Below, piece by piece: positions 10,782 through 25,174 of a stretch of DNA of 64,000 bases. Positions within the stretch are counted from its first letter, which is position 1. Every line of letters starts with the position of its first letter. The notes under the pieces were generated by a model. The model saw only the letters and a program-made list of their open reading frames with translations, was not told the DNA's origin and searched no databases. Source of the stretch: Eledone cirrhosa (taxonomy: Eukaryota); contig OZ024750.1 of assembly GCA_964016885.1 (NCBI GenBank), forward strand, positions 55,118,001 through 55,182,000, in the 5' to 3' direction. A program made the translations under genes and the position numbers.

Positions 10782-12296
10782 ATTACAATACAAAACCTCT
10801 GAGAATGATTTCTAAGATATTTCACCATAATTAATTTTCATCAATATATATTAATATTATTATTGTTTATTAGGTCAGGTGGATTGGCCAGAACAATTCT
10901 ACTCTTCTTTTTTAGATGTCACGATTTTTCATGGCATTCCTGAGATCATTAATCTCCAGCTGGAGATCCAGAGACATCTGATGTATGTAGGTGAACCTCA
11001 GTCATCCCACTTGGGTCTTACTATGTTTAGGTATCCACCACAGGAGCCAGCTCATCAGGTCATCCTACCCTCAGCAGCAATGTCCAGCATCTATTGATTT
11101 CCGCTCCCTAGTTATTGTGGTAATCTTCGATATCTGGGAATATATTTCTTCTGCTTAAGGGAGTAATAAATATATAGTTTTAAAAAAAACATATATATAC
11201 ACACACATATATATATATGTTGTCATTTATAAGAGTTCTCTATCAAAAGCCTTCTCTATGTCCAAAGCTAAGTATAGTGGCTTATTTTTCTCTAAGAACC
11301 TCTTTTGTAGTTGTCTCACTAAGAAGAGGGCATCTGTTGCACTTTTCAGCGGCACAAAACCAAACTGCATCTCATACACATACATACATATACATACATA
11401 CATACATATACACATACATACATACATCATCATCATCATCATCATCATCATTTCGTTTTAAGTCCGCTTTTTCCCTGCTTGCAAGGGTGGGACGGGAACT
11501 GATTCTGGCTTGATTTCTACAGCTGGATGCCCTTCCTAACACCAACCTCATTTACAGTGAGTGCTGAGTGCTTTTTTGCCGTGGCACCTCCACGACCACT
11601 TTGCAGTGGAATGATATGGACCCCAGTCCCTATCATCTCATTTCTACAGCTGAGTAAACTGGAGCAATGTGAAATAAAGTGTCTTGCTCAAGGAAACAAC
11701 ACATCACCCGGTCTGACAATTGAACTCACAACCTTTCGATTGCCAGGCCAATGCTCGAACCACTAAGCCATGTGCCTCCATATACATATACATATACATA
11801 TACATACACATACATACATATACATACATATATATATACATACATACATATATACACATACATACATACACATACATACACATATACATACATATATATA
11901 CATACATACACATACATAGATATATATATATACATAATATAAATATACATACATACACATACATAAGCATATACACATAAGTATATATGCATATACACAC
12001 GTATATATACATATACATACATACATATATACACATACATACATATATACATACATACACACATGTACATACATATATACATATACACATACATACATAT
12101 ACATACATATACACATACATACATATATATATATACATACACACACATATATACATACACACACATATATACAAACACATACATATACACATATATACAC
12201 ATGCATACACACATATACATACATATACACATATACACTCATATATACATATACATACATACACACAAATACATACATATATACATATACATACAT

Positions 12297-12849
12297 AAAG
12301 ACAAATCCACCTCATGGACGAGAATGCAAGGGCTCCTCCTCTTTGTTTCGGCCGCGGATGGCTAACCCTAACCCCATCCCCGCTCCCCACCGCTCCCAAC
12401 CTCCAAACGCAATCCAAAACTTCAGAGTTGGTACCATTAATGTAGGCACCTTATAGGGTGGCTCTAACGAGGTTGTAGAAATGCTTGAACGTAAGGAGGT
12501 CGATGTTTGTTGTATTCAAGAGACCAGGTGGAGGGGTGGGTCTGCTAGATTCATCGTGGGTAAAGAACGATGCTATAAGCTTTTCTGTGTGGCAAATGAC
12601 AATGGGCTGGGTATACACATACCACCCCACCACCCCACCGCAAAGTGGTCGTGGAGGCGCCGCGGCAAAAAAGCACCCAGCCCACACTGTAAAGCTGACG
12701 TGGAGGTGCCACGGAAAAAAAAAAAAGCACCCAGCACTCACTGCAAACGGGGTTGGCGTCAGGAAGGGCACCCAGCTGTAGAAACCAATCCAGAATCAGC
12801 TCCCACCCCACCCTTGCAAGCATGGAAAAGCGGACGTATGATGAAGTTG
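12297..12849 (+). mobile_element. Internally deleted RTE, unit 3
   Basis: Near-identical to 390-940. Confidence 0.85.
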
Positions 12850-13616
12850 ATATATATATATATATATATATATTAGTATATATATACACATATATATATA
12901 CACACATATATATCAGTGTACATATATATATACATATATATATATATAAATGAATATTTATTCAATTTAAAGCGCCAATTATCTATATATAACAAGATAT
13001 GAATTTTTCTAGGGATGGGGGAAATTTTCAGTTTGTTTTTATATTTTCACTTCATTTTTTACTTTCTATTTAATACAGTCTTTGATCCAATATAATCCTG
13101 ACAGTATTTGAACCAGTTTACCTCATATATATGTATGCACACACAACACTCAAGTTTCGCCATCTACTGCTATTTCATTCATATTTATTGTTTAATTAAC
13201 TCTGGTCTAATTCATCAACTATTGTTAATTATATTATTACGTAGATTTCTTATAAAATCTAGTGCATATATACGTGTATATATACAGGGAGACACTGTAA
13301 TAGATGTAAAGAGAGTGGGAGATAGAGTTATAGAAGTAAAGAGAGGGGGAGAAATAAGCGGTAGATAGAGTAATAGATGTAAAGAGAGGGTTAGAACGTT
13401 CAACTTGACAGTCAGTACAATGTTCAGCATGGTAGCCAGTACATATGCCAACTACCCAACCGGCCAGCCAGCCGCATATGCGGTTGACTGGCCAGTTGGG
13501 CGGTTGGTATGTGGAACGTTCAACTACGCAGTCAGTACCAAAGTTCAACATTGTAGCCAGTGCATATGCCGATCGCCGCGCCCTCTTTGCTCTATTTTAA
13601 TGACCTGGAACTAAGT

Positions 13617-13729
13617 AAAAAGAGTAGGAGATAACTCGACAAGAGCGGAGAGGGTGAGATTCGAACCATGTAAAGTCGTTGGCTCCTGAACTTCGTAAGC
13701 GGGGCTGCTACTGACTGAGCAGCGCCGGC
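13617..13729 (-). ncRNA. Candidate Pol III small RNA, family 1, copy 3
   Basis: Matches 1757-1869, including TATA spacing and terminator. Confidence 0.55.
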
Positions 13730-14713
13730 AGCAAGGCAAATCGCGCATAAAATAACGCTTATATCGACAAAAAAATAAAAAAATTTCAATGTTGCACTCT
13801 TGTTTGTTGTTCTTTTATTTTACGTAAACATTTCGCTGCTCTAGCCTCTTATTTCCTATTAGATTACACTTAATTCCATTAAACATTCATTCTTAGTCTC
13901 GTGGTAAACTATTTCATCTATATTTATATCGCTGTTACAGCCTTTTATTTCTACATCTATCACCTATAGCCACTGTTACGCCGGTAGTATAAGTAGCTTT
14001 ATAACAAGAAACGATGATATAACTCCACAAAATGTCTTCTTGAGCAAGACACTTCACTTCATATTGCTCCAGTACACCGAGTTACACATAGACAGATACA
14101 TACATACATACACAGATAGAAATGAGAGGTAGATAGAGTAAAAGATTTAAAGAGAGTGTGAGAAGTACGAGTTAGATAGTGTAAAAGATTTAAAGAGAGT
14201 GTGACACACATTTATCTGTCTATCTCTCTCTATTTTAACACCGGTCGTTATAATTAGTTTTATAACACCGCTATATTACCGACATGAAAGAGGTAAATAA
14301 TTATTTCTTAAATGTTTAGAACATGTTTCTCTTGTCTTCTTAAATGTATAGAACATGTTTCTTATTTATATTCTTAACATAGCTAGGACCTTATCTCATT
14401 TACTGGTCTCTACTTTTAGGACTTTGCTGGTCCCATGTGCCCTCCATAAAGGCACTCTAGTCCCTTCTCTGAGGCCCCGTACTAATTACTACACATACGT
14501 ATATATATTTATTTTAAGAAACCTTAATGACAAATAATATAAAGTGTTTGTAAAGTGGGGAAGAGTAGTTTTACGGTGGGGTTGTTATATAGATATCGTT
14601 TTTGCAGTGGGGTCGTGACTGGCGTATAATAATGAGTCACTGTTGATGTATATACAAATCATGTTTTGGATATAAGTGAAGTTATTTAAGAGATTTAGTT
14701 GTTTTGTATACAT

Positions 14714-16719
14714 TCATAACGGTACGCGATGGGACCCGCCCACAACCCCGGCGGACAGAATGGAGAAGGCGTTTCCCCGGAGCACGGCAAGGGAGACGCG
14801 CTGGAAAAGCCACTCCAACTCGCGGGGCTCACACCTGCGGCTGGCCAGCTCAGCGCCTATGGTGGTGAGTAAGGAGGTAGCCCTGGGGCCGAGGACACCA
14901 GAAGTCTCCACTTCCAGGGGTACGACCGCAAACCTGTCGGAGAGTGAACGATATGTGAGGAGTTTGGCCCCCTCAGCCTGACGTGCAGCAGAACCTGGGC
15001 CAGTCGCAGACTGCACCAGGTTGCGGCTGCAGAAAGTGTCAGTGCAAGTGGCATCCCAGACGAGGGGTTTGCCACCGCGGAACGGGAAGATGGTCATGCC
15101 ATCTAGCCTTTTGCCGTCCCCTCGAGCTGGGAAGGGAAGCCTGCAGCGTCCAAGCCATGCTTAATGACTTCGTTGAGGGCAGCATGGCGTGGATTGCGGC
15201 TGGCACTGTGGCGACAGGAAAGCGGGTGGAGGCCGAAAGAGTCCATGGTGGAACGGCAGCGACATTGGTGTGAGGCCGAGCCTCAGGGAAACGCCGATGC
15301 GCAAGCTATTGTTGTCTAGCTGCGTGCGAGTGGAGAAGGAGGGCAGGGCATGGAGCCAGGCCCCACTGTGGGGTTTGGAGGCTGCACGAAAACAAACAAG
15401 GCGGTGCTGGTCGAGCTGGCGCATGAGCCTGTCTGAGGCCAGGCTGCACTGGATGGCATCCCAAGTGTGTTGGGGGGGACTTGACGTCAACAGGGGGAGA
15501 AGGAGGAGGAACGTCTACTGGGCTAAGTCCCAGCCGGTCCCACGTCTCACAGGCGGCCACGCGTTCTCTGAACACAGAGGGTTCTGTTGTGTTTTGAAGA
15601 ACCCTGCTGAGGAGGACGTGGTACGAGGTTACCGACGAAAGATATGCCGGCAAAGCTAGTGAGATCGGGGACTGGAGGCGAAGGCCGCCATACCTGACAG
15701 GTAAAGTTGCATATCTCATCGGCTGCTGCTCGGATACAAGTTTAGGTGTAGCACAGAGTGTATAGAGGAGCTTCGGCATGGCGTAGCAGTTCCTCAGCAG
15801 AAAGAGAACTGGGTGGCCATCAATCAAGCCCAGTCGGCTCGTGAGAGTCTGGACTTGATGGAGGAGCGGATGGCCGGCGGGTGGATCGGTGAGGGCATCC
15901 TCTTTGGCGGGGTCACCTGAACCTGGCGGAGAATGGACCGCACGTCCAAGACGGAGACTGCAAAGCTTGCAGCATCGAGGCTGACATTCACCACCTCCGA
16001 CTTGGCTGAGTTGACCTGGAGGTCGATTCCCGCCAGGGCAGGAACCACCGATTGAAGGTCATGGCAGACCGCCTGTACGGGCCCACCCAAAGTAGCATCA
16101 TCCAGATACCAAACGTTGAGAGGGGCCGTTATACTCCAGGCGATGTGGTCAATACCAAGGGTGAACAGGAGGGGTCCCAAAGGGTTGCCCTGTTGGATCC
16201 CAGTAGCCAAGGGTATGACCGTATCAGCAGCATGGCGCATGCTTGGGGCTCCATATGACAGGTAGGCAGAGGGGGCTCGGCTGAGGCAGGCCTCGAGCAG
16301 ATGATCCCAGCGTAAAGAGTTGAAGGCATTCCTCATGTCAAACTTGACAATGAGGTGGCTGGAGGCCCTGGATGCCAGTTCCGAGTGTTACGGACTTGCA
16401 GATTACCTTGGCAGCCAGCCTCCGGAAGACATTGCCCACAGCAATGGGGCGTATGCCATCCTCTTTCTTCCTGAGAGCGGTGAGGCTGGCCGAAAAAAAG
16501 AGGCCTCGAGCATAAGAGTCCAGGGCGCCATGGATGAGCCTATTGGTGAGCGCCACAATTGCACTCAGAAGGCGGCGCCCGGCCTCAGCGGAGAGGGGAG
16601 ATATCAACTCCTTGAGGAGGCCTGGTCAGAGACCATCAACATCTCCGCAGCTGCTAGCTGGGAAGGACCTGATGGCGGACATGATGTCTGCATCAGAAGC
16701 CACAAGGAGCAAGTGTGGA
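14714..16719 (-). pseudogene. CRE-like RLE LINE, unit 3
   Basis: Same RT/RLE motifs, frameshifted. Confidence 0.85.
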
Positions 16720-17359
16720 TTACAATACAAAACCTCTGAGAATGATTTCTAAGATATTTCACCATAATTAATTTTCATCAATATATATTAATATTATTAT
16801 TGTTTATTAGGTCAGGTGGATTGGCCAGAACAATTCTACTCTTCTTTTTTAGATGTCACGATTTTTCATGGCATTCCTGAGATCATTAATCTCCAGCTGG
16901 AGATCCAGAGACATCTGATGTATGTAGGTGAACCTCAGTCATCCCACTTGGCTCTTACTATGTTTAGGTATCAACCACAGGAGCCAGCTCATCAGGTCAT
17001 CCTATCCTCAGCAGCAATGTCCAGCATCTATTGATTTCCGCTCCCTAGTTATTGTGGTAATCTTCGATATCTGGGAATATATTTCTTCTGCTTAAGGGAG
17101 TAATAAATATATAGTTTTAAAAAAAACATATATATACACACACATATATATATGTTGTCATTTATAAGAGTTCTCTATCAAAAGCCTTCTCTATGTCCAA
17201 AGCTAAGTATAGTGGCTTATTTTTCTCTAAGAACCTCTTTTGTAGTTGTCTCACTAAGAAGAGGGCATCTGTTGCACTTTTCAGCGGCACAAAACCAAAC
17301 TGCATCTCATACACATACATACATATACATACATACATACATATACACATACATACATA

Positions 17360-17392
<33 letters not shown>

Positions 17393-18235
17393 TTCGTTTT
17401 AAGTCCGCTTTTTCCCTGCTTGCAAGGGTGGGACGGGAACTGATTCTGGCTTGATTTCTACAGCTGGATGCCCTTCCTAACACCAACCTCATTTACAGTG
17501 AGTGCTGAGTGCTTTTTTGCCGTGGCACCTCCACGACCACTTTGCAGTGGAATGATATGGACCCCAGTCCCTATCATCTCATTTCTACAGCTGAGTAAAC
17601 TGGAGCAATGTGAAATAAAGTGTCTTGCTCAAGGAAACAACACATCACCCGGTCTGAGAATTGAACTCACAACCTTTCGATTGCCAGGCCAATGCTCGAA
17701 CCACTAAGCCATGTACCTACATATACATATACATACACATACATATACATACATATATATATACATACATACATATATACACATACATACATACACATAC
17801 ATACACATATACATACATATATATACATACATACACATACATAGATATATATATATATACATAATATAAATATACATACATACACATACATAAGCATATA
17901 CACATAAGTATATATACATATACACACGTATATATACATATACATACATACATATATACACATACATACATATATACATACATACACACATATACATACA
18001 TATATACATATACACATACATACATATACATACATATACACATACATACATATATATATATACATACACACACATATATACATACACACACATATATACA
18101 AACACATACATATACACATATATACACATACATACACATACATACACATACATATACATACATATACACATATACACTCATATATACATATACATACATA
18201 CACACACATACATACATATATACATATACATACAT

Positions 18236-18784
18236 AAAGACAAATCCACCTCATGGACGAGAATGCAAGGGCTCCTCCTCTTTGTTTCGGCCGCGGATGG
18301 CTAACCCTAACCCCATCCCCGCTCCCCACCGCTCCCAACCTCCAAACGCAATCCAAAACTTCAGAGTTGGTACCATTAATGTAGGCACCTTATAGGGTGG
18401 CTCTAACGAGGTTGTAGAAATGCTTGAACGTAAGGAGGTCGATGTTTGTTGTATTCAAGAGACCAGGTGGAGGGGTGGGTCTGCTAGATTCATCGTGGGT
18501 AAAGAACGATGCTATACGCTTTTCTGTGTGGCAAATGACAATGGGCTGGGTATACACATACCACCCCACCGCCCCACCGCAAAGTGGTCGTGGAGGCGCC
18601 GCGGCCAAAAAGCACCCAGCCCACACTGTAAAGCTGACGTGGAGGTGCCACGGAAAAAAAAAAGCACCCAGCACTCACTGCAAACGGGGTTGGCGTCAGG
18701 AAGGGCACCCAGCTGTAGAAACCAATCCAGAATCAGCTCCCACCCCACCCTTGCAAGCATGGAAAAGCGGACGTATGATGAAGT

Positions 18785-18786
<2 letters not shown>
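18236..18786 (+). mobile_element. Internally deleted RTE, unit 4
   Basis: Near-identical to 390-940. Confidence 0.85.
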
Positions 18787-18847
<61 letters not shown>

Positions 18848-19588
18848 TATATATATACACATATATATATACACACATATATATCAGTGTACATATATAT
18901 ATACATATATATATATATATAAATGAATATTTATTCAATTTAAAGCGCCAATTATCTATATATAACAAGATATGAATTTTTCTAGGGATGGGGAAATTTT
19001 CAGTTTGTTTTTATATTTTCACTTCATTTTTTACTTTCTATTTAATACAGTCTTTGATCCAATATAATCCTGACAGTATTTGAACCAGTTTACCTCATAT
19101 ATATGTATGCACACACAACACTCAAGTTTCGCCATCTACTGCTATTTCATTCATATTTATTGTTTAATTAACTCTGGTCTAATTCATCAACTATTGTTAA
19201 TTATATTATTACGTAGATTTCTTATAAAATCTAGTGCATATATACGTGTATATATACAGGGAGACACTGTAATAGATGTAAAGAGAGTGGGAGATAGAGT
19301 TATAGAAGTAAAGAGAGGGGGAGAACTAAGCGGTAGATAGAGTAATAGATGTAAAGAGAGGGTTAGAACGTTCAACTTGACAGTCAGTACAATGTTCAGC
19401 ATGGTAGCCAGTACATATGCCAACTACCCAACCGGCCAGCCAGCCGCATATGCGGTTGACTGGCCAGTTGGGCGGTTGGTATGTGGAACGTTCAACTACG
19501 CAGTCAGTACCAAAGTTCAACATTGTAGCCAGTGCATATGCCGATCGCCGCGCCCTCTTTGCTCTATTTTAATGACCTGGAACTAAGT

Positions 19589-19701
19589 AAAAAGAGTAGG
19601 AGATAACTCGACAAGAGCGGAGAGGGTGAGATTCGAACCATGTAAAGTCGTTGGCTCCTGAACTTCGTAAGCGGGGCTGCTACTGACTGAGCAGCGCCGG
19701 C
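19589..19701 (-). ncRNA. Candidate Pol III small RNA, family 1, copy 4
   Basis: Matches 1757-1869. Confidence 0.55.
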
Positions 19702-20696
19702 AGCAAGGCAAATCGCGCATAAAATAACGCTTATATCGACAAAAAAAAAAAAAAAATTTCAATGTTGCACTCTTGTTTGTTGTTCTTTTATTTTACGTAA
19801 ACATTTCGCTGCTCTAGCCTCTTATTTCCTATTAGATTACACTTAATTCCATTAAACATTCATTCTTAGTCTCGTGGTAAACTATTTCATCTATATTTAT
19901 ATCGCTGTTACAGCCTTTTATTTCTACATCTATCACCTATAGCCACTGTTACGCCGGTAGTATAAGTAGCTTTATAACAAGAAACGATGATATAACTCCA
20001 CAAAATGTCTTCTTCAGCAAGACACTTCACTTCATATTGCTCCAGTACACCGAGTTACACATAGACAGATACATACATACATACACAGATAGAAATGAGA
20101 GGTAGATAGAGTAAAAGATTTAAAGAGAGTGTGAGAAGTACGAGTTAGATAGTGTAAAAGATTTAAAGAGAGGGTGAGAGTGTGACACACATTTATCTGT
20201 CTATCTCTCTCTATTTTAACACCGGTCGTTATAATTAGTTTTATAACACCGCTATATTACCGACATGAAAGAGGTAAATAATTATTTCTTAAATGTTTAG
20301 AACATGTTTCTCTTGTCTTCTTAAATGTATAGAACATGTTTCTTATTTATATTCTTAACATAGCTAGGACCTTATCTCATTTACTGGTCTCTACTTTTAG
20401 GGCTTTGCTGGTCCCATGTGCCCTCCATGAAGACACACTCGCCCCTTCTCTCTCAGTCTCCGTACTAATTACTACACATACGTATATATATTTATTTTAA
20501 GAAACCTTAATGACAAATAATATAAAGTGTTTGTAAAGTGGGGAAGAGTAGTTTTACGGTGGGGTTGTTATATAGATATCGTTTTTGCAGTGGGGTCGTG
20601 ACTGGCGTATAATAATGAGTCACTGTTGATGTATATACAAATCATGTTTTGGATATAAGTGAAGTTATTTAAGAGATTTAGTTGTTTTGTATACAT

Positions 20697-22673
20697 TCAT
20701 AACGGTACGCGATGGGACCCACCCACAGCCCCGGCGGACAGAATGGAGAAGGCGTTTCCCCGGAGCACGGCAAGGGAGACGCGCTGGAAAAGCCACTCCA
20801 ACTCGCGGGGCTCACACCTGCGGCTGGCCAGCTCAGCGCCTATGGTGGTGAGTAAGGAGGTAGCCCTGGGGCCGAGGACACCAGAAGTCTCCACTTCCAG
20901 GGGTACGACCGCAAACCTGTCGGAGAGTGAACGATATGTGAGGAGTTTGGCCCCCTCAGCCTGACGTGCAGCAGAACCTGGGCCAGTCGCAGACTGCACC
21001 AGGTTGCGGCTGCAGAAAGTGTCGGTGCAAGTGGCATCCCAGACGAGGGGTTTGCCACCGCGGAACGGGAAGATGGTCATGCCATCTAGCCTTTTGCCGT
21101 CCCCTCGAGCTGGGAAGGGAAGCCTGCAGCGTCCAAGCCATGCTTAATGACTTCGTTGAGGGCAGCATGGCGTGGATTGCGGGTGGAGGCCGAAAGAGTC
21201 CATGGTGGAACGGCAGCGACATTGGTGTGAGGCCGAGCCTCAGGGAAACGCCGATGCGCAAGCTATTGTTGTCTAGCTGCGTGCGAGTGGAGAAGGAGGG
21301 CAGGGCATGGAGCCAGGCCCCACTGTGGGGTTTGGAGGCTGCACGAAAACAAACAAGGCGGTGCTGGTCGATTTGGCGCGTGAGCCTGTCTGAGGCCAGG
21401 CTGCACTGGATGGCATCCCAAGTGTGTTGGGGGGGACTTGACGTCAACAGGGGGAGAAGGAGGAGGAACGTCTACTGGGCTAAGTCCCAGCCGGTCCCAC
21501 GTCTCACAGGCGGCCACGCGTTCTCTGAACACAGAGGGTTCTGTTGTGTTTTGAAGAACCCTGCTGAGGAGGACGTGGTACGAGGTTACCGACGAAAGAT
21601 ATGCCGGCAAAGCTAGTGAGATCGGGGACTGGAGGCGAAGGCCGCCATACCTGACAGGTAAAGTTGCATATCTCATCGGCTGCTGCTCGGATACAAGTTT
21701 AGGTGTAGCACAGAGTGTATAGAGGAGCTTCGGCATGGCGTAGCAGTTCCTCAGCAGAAAGAGAACTGGGTGGCCATCAATCAAGCCCAGTCGGCTCGTG
21801 AGAGTCTGGACTTGATGGAGGAGCGGATGGCCGGCGGGTGGATCGGTGAGGGCATCCTCTTTGGGGGTCACCTGAACCTGGCGGAGAATGGACCGCACGT
21901 CCAAGACGGAGACTGCAAAGCTTGCAGCATCGAGGCTGACATTCACCACCTCCGACTTGGCTGAGTTGACCTGGAGGTCGATTCCCGCCAGGGCAGGAAC
22001 CACCGATTGAAGGTCATGGCAGACTGCCTGTACGGGCCCACCCAAAGTAGCATCATCCAGATACCAAACGTTGAGAGGGGCTGTTATACTCCAGGCGATG
22101 TGGTCAATACCAAGGGTGAACAGGAGGGGTCCCAAAGGGTTGCCCTGTTGGATCCCAGTAGCCAAGGGTATGACCGTATCAGCAGCATGGCGCATGCTTG
22201 GGGCTCCATATGACAGGTAGGCAGAGGGGGCTCGGCTGAGGCAGGCCTCGAGCAGATGATCCCAGCGTAAAGAGTTGAAGGCATTCCTCATGTCAAACTT
22301 GACAATGAGGTGGCTGGAGGCCCTGGATGCCGGTTCCGAGTGTTACGGACTTGCAGATTACCTTGGCAGCCAGCCTCCGGAAGACATTGCCCACAGCAAT
22401 GGGGCGTATGCCATCCTCTTTCTTCCTGCGAGCGGTGAGGCTGGCCGAAAAAAAGAGGCCTCGAGCATAAGAGTCCAGGGCGCCATGGATGAGCCTATTG
22501 GTGAGCGCCACAATTGCACTCAGAAGGCGGCGCCCGGCCTCAGCGGAGAGGGGAGATATCAACTCCTTGAGGAGGCCTGGTCAGAGACCATCAACATCTC
22601 CGCAGCTGCTAGCTGGGAAGGACCTGATGGCGGACATGATGTCTGCATCAGAAGCCACAAGGAGCAAGTGTGG
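20697..22673 (-). pseudogene. CRE-like RLE LINE, unit 4
   Basis: A 342-aa ORF (21263-22291) carries RT motifs; the flanking domains are in other frames. Confidence 0.85.
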
Positions 22674-23606
22674 ATTACAATACAAAACCTCTGAGAATGA
22701 TTTCTAAGATATTTCACCATAATTAATTTTCATCAATATATATTAATATTATTATTGTTTATTAGGTCAGGTGGATTGGCCAGAACAATTCTACTCTTCT
22801 TTTTTAGATGTCACGATTTTTCATGGCATTCCTGAGATCATTAATCTCCAGCTGGAGATCCAGAGACATCTGATGTATGTAGGTGAACCTCAGTCATCCC
22901 ACTAGGGTCTTACTATGTTTAGGTATCCACCACAGGAGCCAGCTCATCAGGTCATCCTACCCTCAGCAGCAATGTCCAGCATCTATTGATTTCCGCTCCC
23001 TAGTTATTGTGGTAATCTTCGATATCTGGGAATATATTTCTTCTGCTTAAGGGAGTAATAAATATATAGTTTTACAAAAAACATCTATATACACACACAT
23101 ATATATATGTTGTCATTTATAAGAGTTCTCTATCAAAAGCCTTCTCTATGTCCAAAGCTAAGTATAGTGGCTTATTTTTCTCTAAGAACCTCTTTTGTAG
23201 TTGTCTCACTAAGAAGAGGGCATCTGTTGCACTTTTCAGCGGCTTAATTAATTAATGAGGTTTAATTAATGAGGAATTTTGAGGTATTTATAACAATTAT
23301 TAATTATTTCATTACTGAGATATCATTTGAAGGACTTACTAATGTTTTTATTTATTAATTATTTTATTAGTAACTTAACATGTGGTTCTTGTATAAAATT
23401 ATGTTGGAAGATTTTAGGAAGATGCTATGTAGCCGGTCGCAGTAAAATAGACGCCCAGGCTATGTAGCCGGTAAGAGTGTCAGACTCCATGTGTTGCGGC
23501 CCTTTATGGTCTGAGTTAAGACAATTTAAAATCTTTTCCACCATCAATTGTTAAAAAACAAGTTAAAATCATTTTGTCGTCCATTTGTAACGTACGTTAC
23601 ACTTTA

Positions 23607-24365
23607 GTTACATACACATATACTATGTTACATACACACATCTACTGTGTTACATACACACACATCAACTGGGTTACATACACACACATCTACTGCGTTA
23701 CATACACATCTACTGTGTTACACACACATCTACTGTGTTACATACACACACATCTACTGAGTTACATACACACACATCTACTGTGTTACATACACACACA
23801 TCTTCTGTGTTACATACACACATCTACTATGTTACATACACACATCTACTATGTTACATACACACATCTACTGTGTTACATACACACACCTGTGTTACAT
23901 ACACACACATCTACTGAGTTACATACACACAGATCTACTGTGTTACACACATCTTCTATGTTACATACACACAATCTACTGTGTTACATACACACATCTA
24001 CTGAGTTACATACACACACATCTACTGAGTTACATACACACACATGTACTGTGTTACATACACACATCTACTGTGTTACATACATACACATCTACTGTGT
24101 TACATACATACACATCTACTGTTACATACACACATCTACCGTGTTACACACACACATCTACCGTGTTACACACACACATCTACCGTGTTACACACACACA
24201 TCTACCGTGTTACACACACACATCTACCGTGTTACACACACACATCTACTGAGTTACATACACATATACTGAGTTACATGCAAACACACATCTACTGTGT
24301 TACATATACACATCTACTGTGTTACATACACATCTACTGTGATACACACACACACATCTACTCAT
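23607..24365. repeat. Minisatellite, ~20-24 bp unit (CATCTACTGTGTTACATACACACA); also ~39343-40080 and ~55066-55780
   Basis: Directly visible; array length differs among the three blocks. Confidence 0.95.
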
Positions 24366-25174
24366 ACATATTCATAAATAGACACACATTATACAAATAA
24401 TTATTACATACACACACATCTCTGTAATAATTCAGGAAGGAAGGGGCTGGTGAAACGCTATAGCAATGTGTGTGTGTTGTGTACCTTTCAGGTTTACCGG
24501 TTTCGTAGCCTATTTGAAGATTTTATTATAATTATGAACCTTATAATTCAATTAATTATGAATAATTTTGAGCTATTTATCACAATTGTTAGTTAATTAC
24601 TAACATAGTAACTTACCATATGGTTGTTATATAGAATTTTGTTGGAAGACTTTAATTTAGATAGGAACCATTTCCATAGTACGAGAACTAATTTTGGTTG
24701 GGTTTCTACCAAAAGGGTTAATGAAGAATTTTGAACAATTTACTAAAATTATTAATTATTTCATTACTAAGATAATGTGTGAATACACAATTATATGTGT
24801 GTATATATATATAAACAGTATATATATATATAAACAGTATATATATATATAGTATATATATATATAAACAGTATATATATAGTATACAAAAGATGTAGTG
24901 GGATAGTGTGTAGTCTTAAGACAAGTCTGTCCAGATAGCTGCGCTGTAACTTACACTTATTGGGACTGTGTGTTGGCAAGCAGGCCTGTATTTTGGGATC
25001 TAGCTGGTCCATTATGAGGGAGGTCTGGTTAGTTGGCAGCACCATGCCTTACTTGTGGTATATGTATGTATAGAAATAAGTTATTGTATATGCATAACTG
25101 TCCATCTATATGTATACATGTATGTTTACTTATATCTTTGCATACATATATACATTTTCAGATGTATACACGTA

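Noticed and set aside
23574-24400. Minisatellite as a CRISPR-like array or a His/Thr/Cys-rich protein gene
   Set aside because: Head-to-tail repeats with no unique spacers, in a eukaryotic context; ORFs are open in several frames and differ between copies.
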